Shown: piece after piece, positions 26,480 through 35,355 of the stretch
How positions within the stretch are numbered: position 1 is the first letter of the stretch
Layout: each line of letters opens with the position of its first letter
NCBI GenBank assembly: GCA_036383875.1
Contig: DASVNL010000032.1
Location: 1 to 43,649 of the forward strand
DNA from: Thermoanaerobaculia bacterium
GTDB taxonomy: Bacteria; Acidobacteriota; Thermoanaerobaculia; Gp7-AA8
DNA: 43,649 nucleotides
Direction of reading: 5' to 3'
Position numbers and translations under genes: made by a program
Notes under the pieces: model-generated
What the model saw: the letters and a program-made list of their open reading frames with translations, nothing else
What the model was told of the DNA's origin: nothing
Databases searched by the model: none

Positions 26480-26932
26480 ATGTTCGACGACACGCACGAT
26501 CTCATCCAGCAAATGATGGCCGCGTACGCCGACGACGCAGTCAGCTTTGCGCGTCAGGTCTTTTCGATCGAACTGAATTCATCGCCGGACAGCATCCAAC
26601 AAGTCGAATTCATCCTCGACAAACTCTCCCGCTCCGTCCGCCGAACCTGGCTCAAACGCCTCCTCCGCCTCGGCATGTCCGAAGAGCAAACCGACACCGT
26701 CGCGAAAATGTTCGGCGGCTACATCGGCGAAATCATCCGCAAAGACAAAGGCGGCATCTGGCAAATCATCGCCAGCCCCACCGGCGAAGGCGACGTCGTC
26801 GCCCTCGTCAACGGCGAAGACAAAATCTTCCCACCCGCCAAGGCCTACAAGCGGCTCGTAAACGGCGACGAGGACAACGTCTGGTTCTATTACCAGGTGT
26901 TGATGTCCGGCGAGGTTTACGGAAGCCGGTAA
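26480..26932 (+). CDS. hypothetical protein
   Basis: 150-aa ORF with normal composition. It starts 1 nt after the previous stop. Its 3' end overlaps the convergent caspase gene by 16 nt. No family recognised. Confidence 0.55.
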   Translation: MFDDTHDLIQQMMAAYADDAVSFARQVFSIELNSSPDSIQQVEFILDKLSRSVRRTWLKRLLRLGMSEEQTDTVAKMFGGYIGEIIRKDKGGIWQIIASPTGEGDVVALVNGEDKIFPPAKAYKRLVNGDEDNVWFYYQVLMSGEVYGSR

Positions 26933-28566
26933 CGACGCCGCTTTCGCGGGGCGTCTTTCCAGGCATCAGTCTTCCGCGCTGGATCTCCGTCTGAATCGAA
27001 GTATGCCGTTCGACGGGTCGTCGTGACCGCTATGTCCTGGCGCTTCAACTCGGGATCGCGGCTGACGATCTGCAGATCCCGAATTTCATCGCCTTCCGGT
27101 GCGACGCGGTGCCAGCGCACCGAAGCAGCACTCGTCAGAGAGAAGAGCGAGTCGGCTGTGGCCGCAACGATCCAGGGCTTATGACTCGAGGTTTGCCGGA
27201 ACACCGCGACGTTTCGCAATCCTGTGAGTCCGGTGAATTGGCCCGTAATCTCGCCATCGCGACCGATGATCGTGATCGCCGAATCGGAAAGCGCGACGAT
27301 TTGATCCACATGCTTGCGCTCTAAATCGCCAGTGGCGAATGTCCGAAGTCCGGGAATCTCCTTCTGCCTCACCTCCGCGAACTCGCGATTGAAGATGATG
27401 AGCCGTTCTTTGAGCGCGACGATGATTTCCGAAACACCGTCTGCGTCCACGTCGGCTACGCCCGCATGAAGGATCGGCGACGGAAATACGGGTTCCCAAA
27501 GCTTCTGGTTTTCCTGATTCTTCAGTGTCAGGTGGCTGCCATCGAATGAGACGCTCAACACTTCGCGGCCTGACGGTCGGTTCCAGCATTTCGAGAGCGG
27601 CATCCGGCCCGCGTTCCCGTCGATTCGTACCTGAATCGCAGCGCCGACCGGTGCTTTGTGATTCGCAAGAATCCATTGTTTGACCTGCTTCTCTGCATGC
27701 CGGTGCAGGGACTCGGCGGTCACAAATTCATCGGTCGCTGAAGCTTGGCAGTCCAGTCCATCGAGAACCGCCTTCGTGAAAACGCCGTTGCGACTCACGG
27801 CGTCGTCGTACGCGTAATTGCCTGCGGATGCCGCATAGAACACGACCTGACCGGATACGTTCTTCATCTTCTTTTCAATGTCGGGGGCGGCGGACGCCGC
27901 GCCGGAGCGGGTATTGCTGAGAGCGCGATCGCGGCAGGCGTCGACGAAGATCAGCGAACGGCGCACTGGCGAGTTTGAGACGATGTCGAAAAGGAGCGCC
28001 GTCTTGAGTGAGGTATGGGTGTCGGGATAGGTGGATGACTCCACGAGGATGTATTCACTGCCATCCGTCATGAACCCGTGCGTAGCGATGGAGAGGATGA
28101 ATATGCCGGCCGGCCCGGCGATCGCTGTCTGTTGTCGCAATTGATAGAGGATCTCGCGCGCGGTTGCCGTGACTTCTTTGGCGCCGGCCTCTTTCAGTTC
28201 TTTGAGGCGCTGCTTCGATTTGTCTTTCACCGGTGCGCCTGAGAGTGCGAGTACAACGCGTTGCGGCGGGATCAGGTGCAGGCGCCGGTCCATGGAAAAC
28301 ATGTACGCAAGGTCGACGGCATCGTCGACGGCGTATCGCACACCATACATGTCTTTATCTCTGAATTTGCTGACCCCCACGAACAACCCCGCGGATTCGT
28401 GGCGATCGAATTTCGGCTCGGGCGCTGCCGTCGTCGCGACCGCGCTCACGGGTCCTGCCGATCGCACGTGGCGTACGAGAGGGACGAATGTCGCGGTGGT
28501 CAGGCCGAGGAGGGCGAGGGCGAGGACGAGCGGCTTCCACGATCTCATCTGCATAGGCAAAGACAC
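26917..28566 (-). CDS. membrane-anchored caspase-family (peptidase C14) protein with C-terminal beta-propeller/FG-GAP-like region
   Basis: 549 aa. N-terminal TM anchor WKPLVLALALLGLTTATFVPLV. The His/Cys dyad contexts are FILSIATHGF and LIFVDACRD, followed by VVFYAASAGNYAYDD...GVFTKAVLDGL. The C-terminal half contains GVADVDADGVSEIIVAL. The start is ambiguous (GTG 28566, ATG 28554 or ATG 28548). Confidence 0.75.
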   Translation of the reverse strand: MSLPMQMRSWKPLVLALALLGLTTATFVPLVRHVRSAGPVSAVATTAAPEPKFDRHESAGLFVGVSKFRDKDMYGVRYAVDDAVDLAYMFSMDRRLHLIPPQRVVLALSGAPVKDKSKQRLKELKEAGAKEVTATAREILYQLRQQTAIAGPAGIFILSIATHGFMTDGSEYILVESSTYPDTHTSLKTALLFDIVSNSPVRRSLIFVDACRDRALSNTRSGAASAAPDIEKKMKNVSGQVVFYAASAGNYAYDDAVSRNGVFTKAVLDGLDCQASATDEFVTAESLHRHAEKQVKQWILANHKAPVGAAIQVRIDGNAGRMPLSKCWNRPSGREVLSVSFDGSHLTLKNQENQKLWEPVFPSPILHAGVADVDADGVSEIIVALKERLIIFNREFAEVRQKEIPGLRTFATGDLERKHVDQIVALSDSAITIIGRDGEITGQFTGLTGLRNVAVFRQTSSHKPWIVAATADSLFSLTSAASVRWHRVAPEGDEIRDLQIVSRDPELKRQDIAVTTTRRTAYFDSDGDPARKTDAWKDAPRKRRRYRLP

Positions 28567-28580
28567 GCCATCGTCGAAAG

Positions 28581-28596
28581 GGTGGCGCGCGCCACC
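28581..28596. promoter_or_regulatory. perfect 16-bp palindrome GGTGGCGCGCGCCACC (A/T flanked) in the 77-bp divergent caspase / vWA intergenic region
   Basis: Read directly: gaaag GGTGGCGC GCGCCACC ttttt, at 28577-28601 with flanks. No upstream plus-strand gene is present for it to terminate. Confidence 0.5.
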
Positions 28597-28643
28597 TTTT
28601 TCCCTCCCTCGTGTCCTTTCATGGACAGCAATCAGGGAGACAT

Positions 28644-29774
28644 ATGAGACGCGGACTCCTCATCGCGGTAGCGTTGCTTCTCATTTCCAATGAGGCCTCG
28701 GCGCAGAAGCTCGGGCCGGTCGACTGGATCTTTCTCGTCGACACGTCGAAGTCGATGCGTGGCATCGGCCGCGACACGAAGGACATCTTTGGCGACGTAA
28801 AAGAGAGCCTCAAGTCGTTCGTACGCGAGACGAACGACGGCGACACGGTCGCGATCTTCACGTTCGATCGCAAGGTGAGTCCGATTGCGAAGATGGACGT
28901 GAGCGGACTCACGCGCGCCGATCTTTACGAGTCGATCGAGCAGCTAAAGGCCGAAGGGGACCGCACGCACCTCGGTGCCGCGATCGCGAAAGGTCTCGAT
29001 CGTGCGGAGTTCTTGCGCACGCATTCCGATCCGACGCGCGCTCGCGCCGTCGTGTTGTTCACGGACGGCAAAGAAGACATTCGCGGAATTGAGAACCCAA
29101 CTCACATCAACGCGAATCTTGCCGGAACCTCGGACTCGTACGTCTACTTCGTTTCGATGGGCAAGGAGCACGAGAAACAACTCGACGAATTTGCCAAGAG
29201 CACTCCGCGCGCGACCGTGCTGCGCGCAACTACGCGCGAACAGATTCGCGCCATGGCGCAGACGATTCGCCGAGATCTCCCGAAGCCCACGCCTCCACCG
29301 CCCATCAAAGAGAAGCCGGCGACTCCACCGCCACCACCACCACCGCCCTCTCCGTGGATGCGCGCACTGCGCTGGTTGATCGAGCTCGCGATCCTCGGCG
29401 GTATCGCGATCTTCCTGCTGCAGCAGCAGCGCAAGAAGAATCGGCTCGAAGGGGAGATCGAGATTCTGCGACCGCAGACCGCGCCCGACCTCGCATTTGT
29501 CGGACTGCCGAAATTGCAGGCGAGCGAGGTGATGCTCAGCGCGATTCTGCCGCTCGACGCATTGAGCGGCGGCGATGCGCGTCTGTTCGTCAAGCGCAAA
29601 GACGGGAAAAAGAAAATCTGGATTTCCGCCGCCGGCGGCGGACTGCGCATCAACGACGTCGACACGCCGGTGAGCGAGTTGTACGACGCCGACACGATCG
29701 AGATCGGCACCGCGAAATTGCGCTTCAACCGCGTCGGCGACGAGCGTCCGTACGACGTCGACTCCGCCCACTAA
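28644..29774 (+). CDS. exported vWA-domain protein with poly-Pro linker, single TM and cytoplasmic FHA-like C-terminal domain
   Basis: 376 aa from ATG 28644 (SD AGGGAGA). Signal peptide MRRGLLIAVALLLISNEASAQ. The MIDAS motif is FLVDTSKSM. The linker is PKPTPPPPIKEKPATPPPPPPPPSP. The TM is WLIELAILGGIAIFLL followed by RKKNR (positive inside). The C-terminus LRINDVDTPVSELYDADTIEIGTAKLRFN resembles the end of an FHA domain. Confidence 0.75.
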   Translation: MRRGLLIAVALLLISNEASAQKLGPVDWIFLVDTSKSMRGIGRDTKDIFGDVKESLKSFVRETNDGDTVAIFTFDRKVSPIAKMDVSGLTRADLYESIEQLKAEGDRTHLGAAIAKGLDRAEFLRTHSDPTRARAVVLFTDGKEDIRGIENPTHINANLAGTSDSYVYFVSMGKEHEKQLDEFAKSTPRATVLRATTREQIRAMAQTIRRDLPKPTPPPPIKEKPATPPPPPPPPSPWMRALRWLIELAILGGIAIFLLQQQRKKNRLEGEIEILRPQTAPDLAFVGLPKLQASEVMLSAILPLDALSGGDARLFVKRKDGKKKIWISAAGGGLRINDVDTPVSELYDADTIEIGTAKLRFNRVGDERPYDVDSAH

Positions 29775-29796
29775 TCACTCGAGAGAGAGGCCTCCA

Positions 29797-32553
29797 ATGA
29801 AAAACAACGTCGTGTTTCGCCCCACTGTCGTCATCGGACTCGGTGGTACCGGCTATGGCGCATTGCTGAAGTTGAAGAAGCGTTTCGTCGACGCGTACGG
29901 CTCGGTGCCGCCGATCATTCGCTTCCTCTCGATCGACACGACGGAGAACGCCGAGGGGACGACGCGGACGGAGGAGGCCCCGCAGGAGGGTGGGCTCGAT
30001 CACAACGAGATGTACGTCCTGCAGGTCGGCAATCCCGGAAATCTCGTGGGAAATGGAACGAATCCGCATCTCGATGAATGGTGGCCGCCCGAAATTCCGA
30101 CGCAGGCCATCATCGCGGGCGCCGGCCAGGTGCGTGCGCGCGGACGCCTGGCGCTCTTCGCGAAGGCGCAAGAGGTGCGCGCGCGGATCCAGCGCGCGAT
30201 CGACGACGTGCGAAACATCCGCAATCAGAAGCAGATGTATTCGGATCAATTTCAGATCTCGAATCGTGCGGGCGTTGAAGTGCACATCGTCGGCAGTCTC
30301 GCGGGTGGCACTGGCAGTGGGACATTTCTCGACGTCGCGTTCATCGCGCGCGACATCATCGGCAGCGACGAGAACTCGAATTTCACCGGCGTGTTGTTGT
30401 TGCCCGGGATTTTCACGCGCTACGCGGGAGTCGCGCTCGTCAAGCCGAACGCGTACGGCGCGCTGAAAGAGATTGAATATCTCTCGACGATGAAAGGCAG
30501 TCTCACGATCGACTATGGCATGCGCCGCGTCGAGGTGACGCGGCCGCCGTTCGACGTCGTCTATCTGATCGACAGCATCAACGAGCAAGGCCGGGTCGTC
30601 ATGGAACAGAACGATCTCCTCGGCCTGATCGCAGACGGAATGTACGTCCAGATCGGATCGCAGATCGGCACCGACAGCGCGAACGCCGTCGACAACATCA
30701 AGACCCAGATTGCGACCGCGGGTCGCGTCAAAGGACGTTCGCCGCAGTACTGCAGTTTCGGCGTCGCGTCGCTGACGATGCCGACGTTCGACGCGCTGAT
30801 GTGGGAGGACGCGAAACGCCTCGTCAATGATGATCTCCTCAATGGCGCTGTCGCGGATTCCGAAGTCGAAGAAGAGGTGCAGCGCTTCATCGACCAGAAC
30901 CGCCTGCGCGAAGACGAGGCCGATCAGGTCGTCGAATTTCTCAGTCAGCGCGAGGGCGGCGGTCAGTTGCGCATCCCGATGCCGCTCACGCAACTCACCT
31001 TCGACAACAAGGCCCTCGGCGCAATCAAGAATCTGCACACCACGCATCGCTCGCGCGCCGAGCGTCAAATTGCGCAGGCCATCGGCGCGAATTTCGAGAA
31101 ATTACGCGATGACTGCGTGGCAGCGATCACGACGCTATGGGAAGCGAAGGTGAATCGCATCAATGGATTCACGCGCGCGGAGCGCTTCTTCGAGAAGCTC
31201 CAGGCGAAGCTGGAGTGGTACCAAAACATGATGGACGGCGAAGCGAAGGAGGAGCGCACGAAGCTGAAGGCGCTGAGCTTCAAGCCGGCCGAGGATCAGA
31301 TTACGGAGGCGGCGGGCGCGTTCTTTAGTCGCGAGGCGCGCGTGAAGACGGCGTGCGAAGTGTACGGCGGACTGGTCGATCGCGAGACCGAACTGACGAT
31401 TCGTGTCGCGCGACTCGAGAAGGCCGCCGAGCTTTATTCGACGCTGCATGCGCACACGCAATCGATCCTCAATTCCTGCTACCGCATCCGCGAAAACCTC
31501 AATGCATCGCGCAAGCAATTCGAGCAGCAGTATCTCGACGCGACGAACCCGCGCGGGTCGTCGCGGTTGTTCGAACAGACCGTCGCCTTCGATCCCGGCG
31601 CACAACGTCCGAAGGTTCTCGGCGATGACTTCGTGAAGTGGTACGCCGATCATCACGCGAACGGCTCGCTCTCGCAGTGGGCCGGACTGCGCGCGGCCGA
31701 AGTCCACGCGGACATTCGCCAGTTCGTCGAGAAATGTTATGAGCCGCTCACGTCACTCACGATGGACGACATCCTGAGCCGTCTCTCGCCGGATGCGGTG
31801 TCGCAGGAATTGAAGCGCCTGGATAATCTCGCCGTTCCTCTCTGGCGTTACGACCTCGGCAGAATTCCGGTCGTCAATCAAACCATCATCAATGAGTTCT
31901 ATCACTACGGCGTTTCAGACGCGGAGTCGACGGTGCTCAAGGCGGCGCGTTATGCGACGGGCGTTCCCAAGGGCAACGCGCAACCGGGCATGGTCTCGAC
32001 GCGCGACGCGAACCGCATCCTCCTGTTCAAGGTCAAGACCGGCATTCCGCTGTTCGCGCTTGCCGACATTGAAGACATGGAGCGCGCGTATACCGATCCG
32101 AACAAGATCATCTCGTGTCACCTTCACCGCGACTGGAAGGAACTACAGAACCTCATTCCGCGCAGTGGCGACGGCGAGGCATTGCGGTGGTTCGCGCTCG
32201 CGCAGGCGCCGGAGCCGTTCGCGATCATCAAGCGCGAGGGCGCGTGGTATTCGATGAAGTCGAAGGGCGGCAAGCGCCTCGACAACAACATGGTTCGACT
32301 CGCGCAGGGCCGCGTGCCGGCCTACAACGCGTTCGAGAAAAATCGGGAACTCGTTCAGGAAGCGGAGGAATCGATCGATGCCGTAGTCACGCGCGAAGGC
32401 GCGGTGCGCGTCATTCAGATCCTCAAGGACTACACGGACACGCTCTCGAAGCAGATGAGCGGGACGGCCGTCGATCCGGTGGTGAAGGATCAAGTCGAGA
32501 ACGAGATTCTGGCCATTGAGGATTACGTGCGGCGGATGGAGACGCTGAGCTGA
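29797..32553 (+). CDS. tubulin/FtsZ-superfamily GTPase (Tubulin_2-like) with a ~600-aa helical C-terminal extension
   Basis: 918 aa. T1-like VVIGLGGTGYG lies at 29836-29859. The tubulin-signature-like motif GSLAGGTGSGTFLDVA has AGGTGSG at 30301-30321. No signal peptide or TM. No division/cell-wall gene context. Confidence 0.75.
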   Translation: MKNNVVFRPTVVIGLGGTGYGALLKLKKRFVDAYGSVPPIIRFLSIDTTENAEGTTRTEEAPQEGGLDHNEMYVLQVGNPGNLVGNGTNPHLDEWWPPEIPTQAIIAGAGQVRARGRLALFAKAQEVRARIQRAIDDVRNIRNQKQMYSDQFQISNRAGVEVHIVGSLAGGTGSGTFLDVAFIARDIIGSDENSNFTGVLLLPGIFTRYAGVALVKPNAYGALKEIEYLSTMKGSLTIDYGMRRVEVTRPPFDVVYLIDSINEQGRVVMEQNDLLGLIADGMYVQIGSQIGTDSANAVDNIKTQIATAGRVKGRSPQYCSFGVASLTMPTFDALMWEDAKRLVNDDLLNGAVADSEVEEEVQRFIDQNRLREDEADQVVEFLSQREGGGQLRIPMPLTQLTFDNKALGAIKNLHTTHRSRAERQIAQAIGANFEKLRDDCVAAITTLWEAKVNRINGFTRAERFFEKLQAKLEWYQNMMDGEAKEERTKLKALSFKPAEDQITEAAGAFFSREARVKTACEVYGGLVDRETELTIRVARLEKAAELYSTLHAHTQSILNSCYRIRENLNASRKQFEQQYLDATNPRGSSRLFEQTVAFDPGAQRPKVLGDDFVKWYADHHANGSLSQWAGLRAAEVHADIRQFVEKCYEPLTSLTMDDILSRLSPDAVSQELKRLDNLAVPLWRYDLGRIPVVNQTIINEFYHYGVSDAESTVLKAARYATGVPKGNAQPGMVSTRDANRILLFKVKTGIPLFALADIEDMERAYTDPNKIISCHLHRDWKELQNLIPRSGDGEALRWFALAQAPEPFAIIKREGAWYSMKSKGGKRLDNNMVRLAQGRVPAYNAFEKNRELVQEAEESIDAVVTREGAVRVIQILKDYTDTLSKQMSGTAVDPVVKDQVENEILAIEDYVRRMETLS

Positions 32554-35351
32554 TGCTCAAGCCCGTTAGCATTCTCGCCCTCGACGATGCCTCGGCGCCG
32601 CTCGCAATGGCGGTGCAACAACGCATCGCGTCGCAGCTCGAGCTCGACGATCTCGTGCAATGCCGCGCCATTGGAGCGACGACGCTCGAGGATGCGATTC
32701 AGTCAATTCACGCGCAGCGCCAGCGTCCCGACAGTCCGCTGCGCGTGCGCGACGATCTCAGTCCGCGCGAATTGGTGATGGTCGTGCTGGCCGCGTCCGG
32801 GCCCGCACGATTGACGCTCATCGAGACGGTGCAGCGCATTCGCCGTCATTACGAGTCGCGCCACCTGGTGTCGTTCTTCACGATTGAGATTCTCTGCTTG
32901 ATGCCCGAGGTGATTGGGGCGAAGGAGAAGGGCGACTATGCGAATGCATATGCGTTGCTGAAGGCGCTGAGCGCCGATGGTGCGAAAGCGTTCGACGAAG
33001 TGTGGCTGCTCGACGCGACCAACGGCGCGCGCGTGCGGTTCGGCGCGATCGACACGGCGCTCGATGCCTACGCGGATGCCGTTGCGGGCTCGCTGTTACA
33101 CGAGCCGGAGATGAGCGGCGCGCTGCCTGGCCTCCATCCGCGCGGGATGCATCCGACGTTCAGTTCGTTCGGATACGCGGAGCTCGTGTTTCCGCGCGAC
33201 ATCGCGCTGCGGCGGCTCGAGCCGCGATTCGCGGTGCAATTGCTGCGCGAGACGTTGCTCGCCGGCAAGGAGCCATCGCACGCGCAACTTGCGGCAAAGC
33301 AGTTCGTCGCGAGCGATGAGTTCACGACGCCGCTCGCGCGCATCGGCGTCGACGCGGGGCAGTCGCTCTTTCAGCGATTCCAGGCGCGTGCGCACGTCAC
33401 GGAGCAGACGCGCAGTGCGGACGAATTGATCGCGGCGGTGCGCGCCGAGTTGAAATCGTTTCGCGACACGACGCATCTCAAGAATCTCGAGACGCTCGCG
33501 AAGCAGGGCGAGCAGACATCGCGCGACTTCGCGACGCGACTCGCGCGCGTCGTCGACGAGACGCTCGATCGCGACGGATACGACTCGGCGATCGCGCTGC
33601 TCGACGCGTTGCTCGATCCGCTGCCGGATTTGCGTCCGGACGCGGAGCTCGCGCCGCGCAATCTCGTGACGGAAATCGGCGCGGCGACGGCGGCTCTCGA
33701 CAAGCAGTTGCAGTTCACGCCCAACACCGCGACGAGCGACGCCGCGCGCAAGCGCATCCGTGAGCTCGAGACGTTGATGCAGGATCAGAAGCTCGTCGCG
33801 GAGTCGCTGTCGCCGGTGTCCGCGGCGGAGCAACTCGAGGAAATGCAACGCGAGAAATCCGCACTGTTGCAACGCGTGCCTGAGGTGCTGTTCGCGGAGG
33901 AGCGGGAGAACAACGTCGCGCGCAACGCGGCGCGCGAGGCGGAGACGGCGCGACTGATGGCGGAGACCGAGGGGCGCGAGCAGACGTTGCGCGAATTGTT
34001 TGCGCAGTTGCCGCGCGCGGAGCAGGCGGTGCGTGAGGCGCTGGAGTTGCGACGCGACTGGCTGCGCAAGCAGGTCCTCACCGCGATCGCGGGCGTCGCC
34101 GCGATGTATGGGCTGCCATTCGTTTTCGGTCTGCTGCGCCCGAACCTCGAGCGCATCCACTGGGCCACCGGCCTCGGCCTGCTGACCTTCGCGATCGTCT
34201 GCACGTATCGCTACTTCAATCAAATCCAACCGCTCGTCAGCGGTGCGCGCGCGGCACTGGCGCGACTGCGTGAACAGATCGCGGCGACCGATCAGTCGAA
34301 GAACGCGGCGCACAACGACGAGCTGCGATTCGAATACGACATGGCGCATCGCCGCACGACGATCCGTGTGCTGCGCGAAACGCGCGACGTCGCGAAGACG
34401 ACGCTAGACGCCGTGCGCGCGCGACGCGTCGAGCTCGAGGAACTGGCAGCGGCGCTGACGCCGGCGTCGATCGTCTCGAGCGGACTGACGATCGCGATCG
34501 TGGACGACGCGGAAGTCGACGCGTGGTACGAGCGCACGATCGAGGATCGCAAGCCATTCGTGCGCGAGTTTCCGATCACGCGCGCGCAGTCGCGACAACT
34601 GGCGCTCGATGATCTGCGCGAACGCATCGTCGCGTACACCGCGACGGCGTTCGACGCGTTCCGCAAGTTCACGCTCGCCGATGCAGCGGCGAATGTCGCG
34701 AGCGAGCCGAAACTCACGCAGCGCATGAAGCGATTCACCGATACGAGCGCGCCGCTGATCGAAGTGCGCGACGACGATCTGCACGCGCAGAACGCGATGC
34801 AGCGCGACGCGACGTTGTGGGCAGACAGCAGCGATCGGACGTGGCTCGAACAGCTGCAGCGTCGCTTTCCGAGCGCGCATTTCAAGGCGTCGTCGGATGC
34901 ATTGCGCGTCCACGCGATCACGCGCGTCCTGCACTATCCGGCCTACGTCCTCGGGCAAATCGAGTATTACCGCGCGCAATACGAAGCTGCATCGCAGCGC
35001 GAGTCCGCCGACGTCGCGGATCTGCTGCCGCCCGAGCTCATTCTCGGGACGCCAGTGCGGAACGCGTACGAGCAGGTGCTGCTCGCACGCGCGGTCGGCG
35101 TGATCTCGCAACACGCCGACGGGCAACTCTTCGCCTCCGACTCCGCCCTCGGCAACTCGCACTTCGCCGCGGCTCAACGCATCGCCGATGCAGCGCCGTT
35201 GCGCGATGCGTTGGAGAACGCGCTCGCGCCGCGATTGGAAATCGCGGGCGATGTCACGCGGGATTTGCGCACGCTCGGCGAGTTGCCGCTCACGCCGCTC
35301 GAACGCAATCTCGTCGACGCGTTGCTCAAGAGGTACGCGGCGCTGGCGTGA
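32553..35351 (+). CDS. degenerate tubulin-like paralogue with coiled-coil regions and a central two-helix membrane hairpin
   Basis: 932 aa. TGATG 1-nt overlap with the upstream gene. The N-terminal ~250 aa are collinear with the upstream protein, but the GTP motifs are replaced (ILALDDASAP for IGLGGTGYG; VVLAASGPARL for GSLAGGTGSGT). The TM hairpin lies at ~34074-34215 (LTAIAGVAAMYGLPFVFGLL ... WATGLGLLTFAIVCTYRYF). Long Glu/Arg/Leu/Ala-rich helical stretches are present. Confidence 0.7.
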   Translation: MLKPVSILALDDASAPLAMAVQQRIASQLELDDLVQCRAIGATTLEDAIQSIHAQRQRPDSPLRVRDDLSPRELVMVVLAASGPARLTLIETVQRIRRHYESRHLVSFFTIEILCLMPEVIGAKEKGDYANAYALLKALSADGAKAFDEVWLLDATNGARVRFGAIDTALDAYADAVAGSLLHEPEMSGALPGLHPRGMHPTFSSFGYAELVFPRDIALRRLEPRFAVQLLRETLLAGKEPSHAQLAAKQFVASDEFTTPLARIGVDAGQSLFQRFQARAHVTEQTRSADELIAAVRAELKSFRDTTHLKNLETLAKQGEQTSRDFATRLARVVDETLDRDGYDSAIALLDALLDPLPDLRPDAELAPRNLVTEIGAATAALDKQLQFTPNTATSDAARKRIRELETLMQDQKLVAESLSPVSAAEQLEEMQREKSALLQRVPEVLFAEERENNVARNAAREAETARLMAETEGREQTLRELFAQLPRAEQAVREALELRRDWLRKQVLTAIAGVAAMYGLPFVFGLLRPNLERIHWATGLGLLTFAIVCTYRYFNQIQPLVSGARAALARLREQIAATDQSKNAAHNDELRFEYDMAHRRTTIRVLRETRDVAKTTLDAVRARRVELEELAAALTPASIVSSGLTIAIVDDAEVDAWYERTIEDRKPFVREFPITRAQSRQLALDDLRERIVAYTATAFDAFRKFTLADAAANVASEPKLTQRMKRFTDTSAPLIEVRDDDLHAQNAMQRDATLWADSSDRTWLEQLQRRFPSAHFKASSDALRVHAITRVLHYPAYVLGQIEYYRAQYEAASQRESADVADLLPPELILGTPVRNAYEQVLLARAVGVISQHADGQLFASDSALGNSHFAAAQRIADAAPLRDALENALAPRLEIAGDVTRDLRTLGELPLTPLERNLVDALLKRYAALA

Positions 35352-35355
35352 CGCG

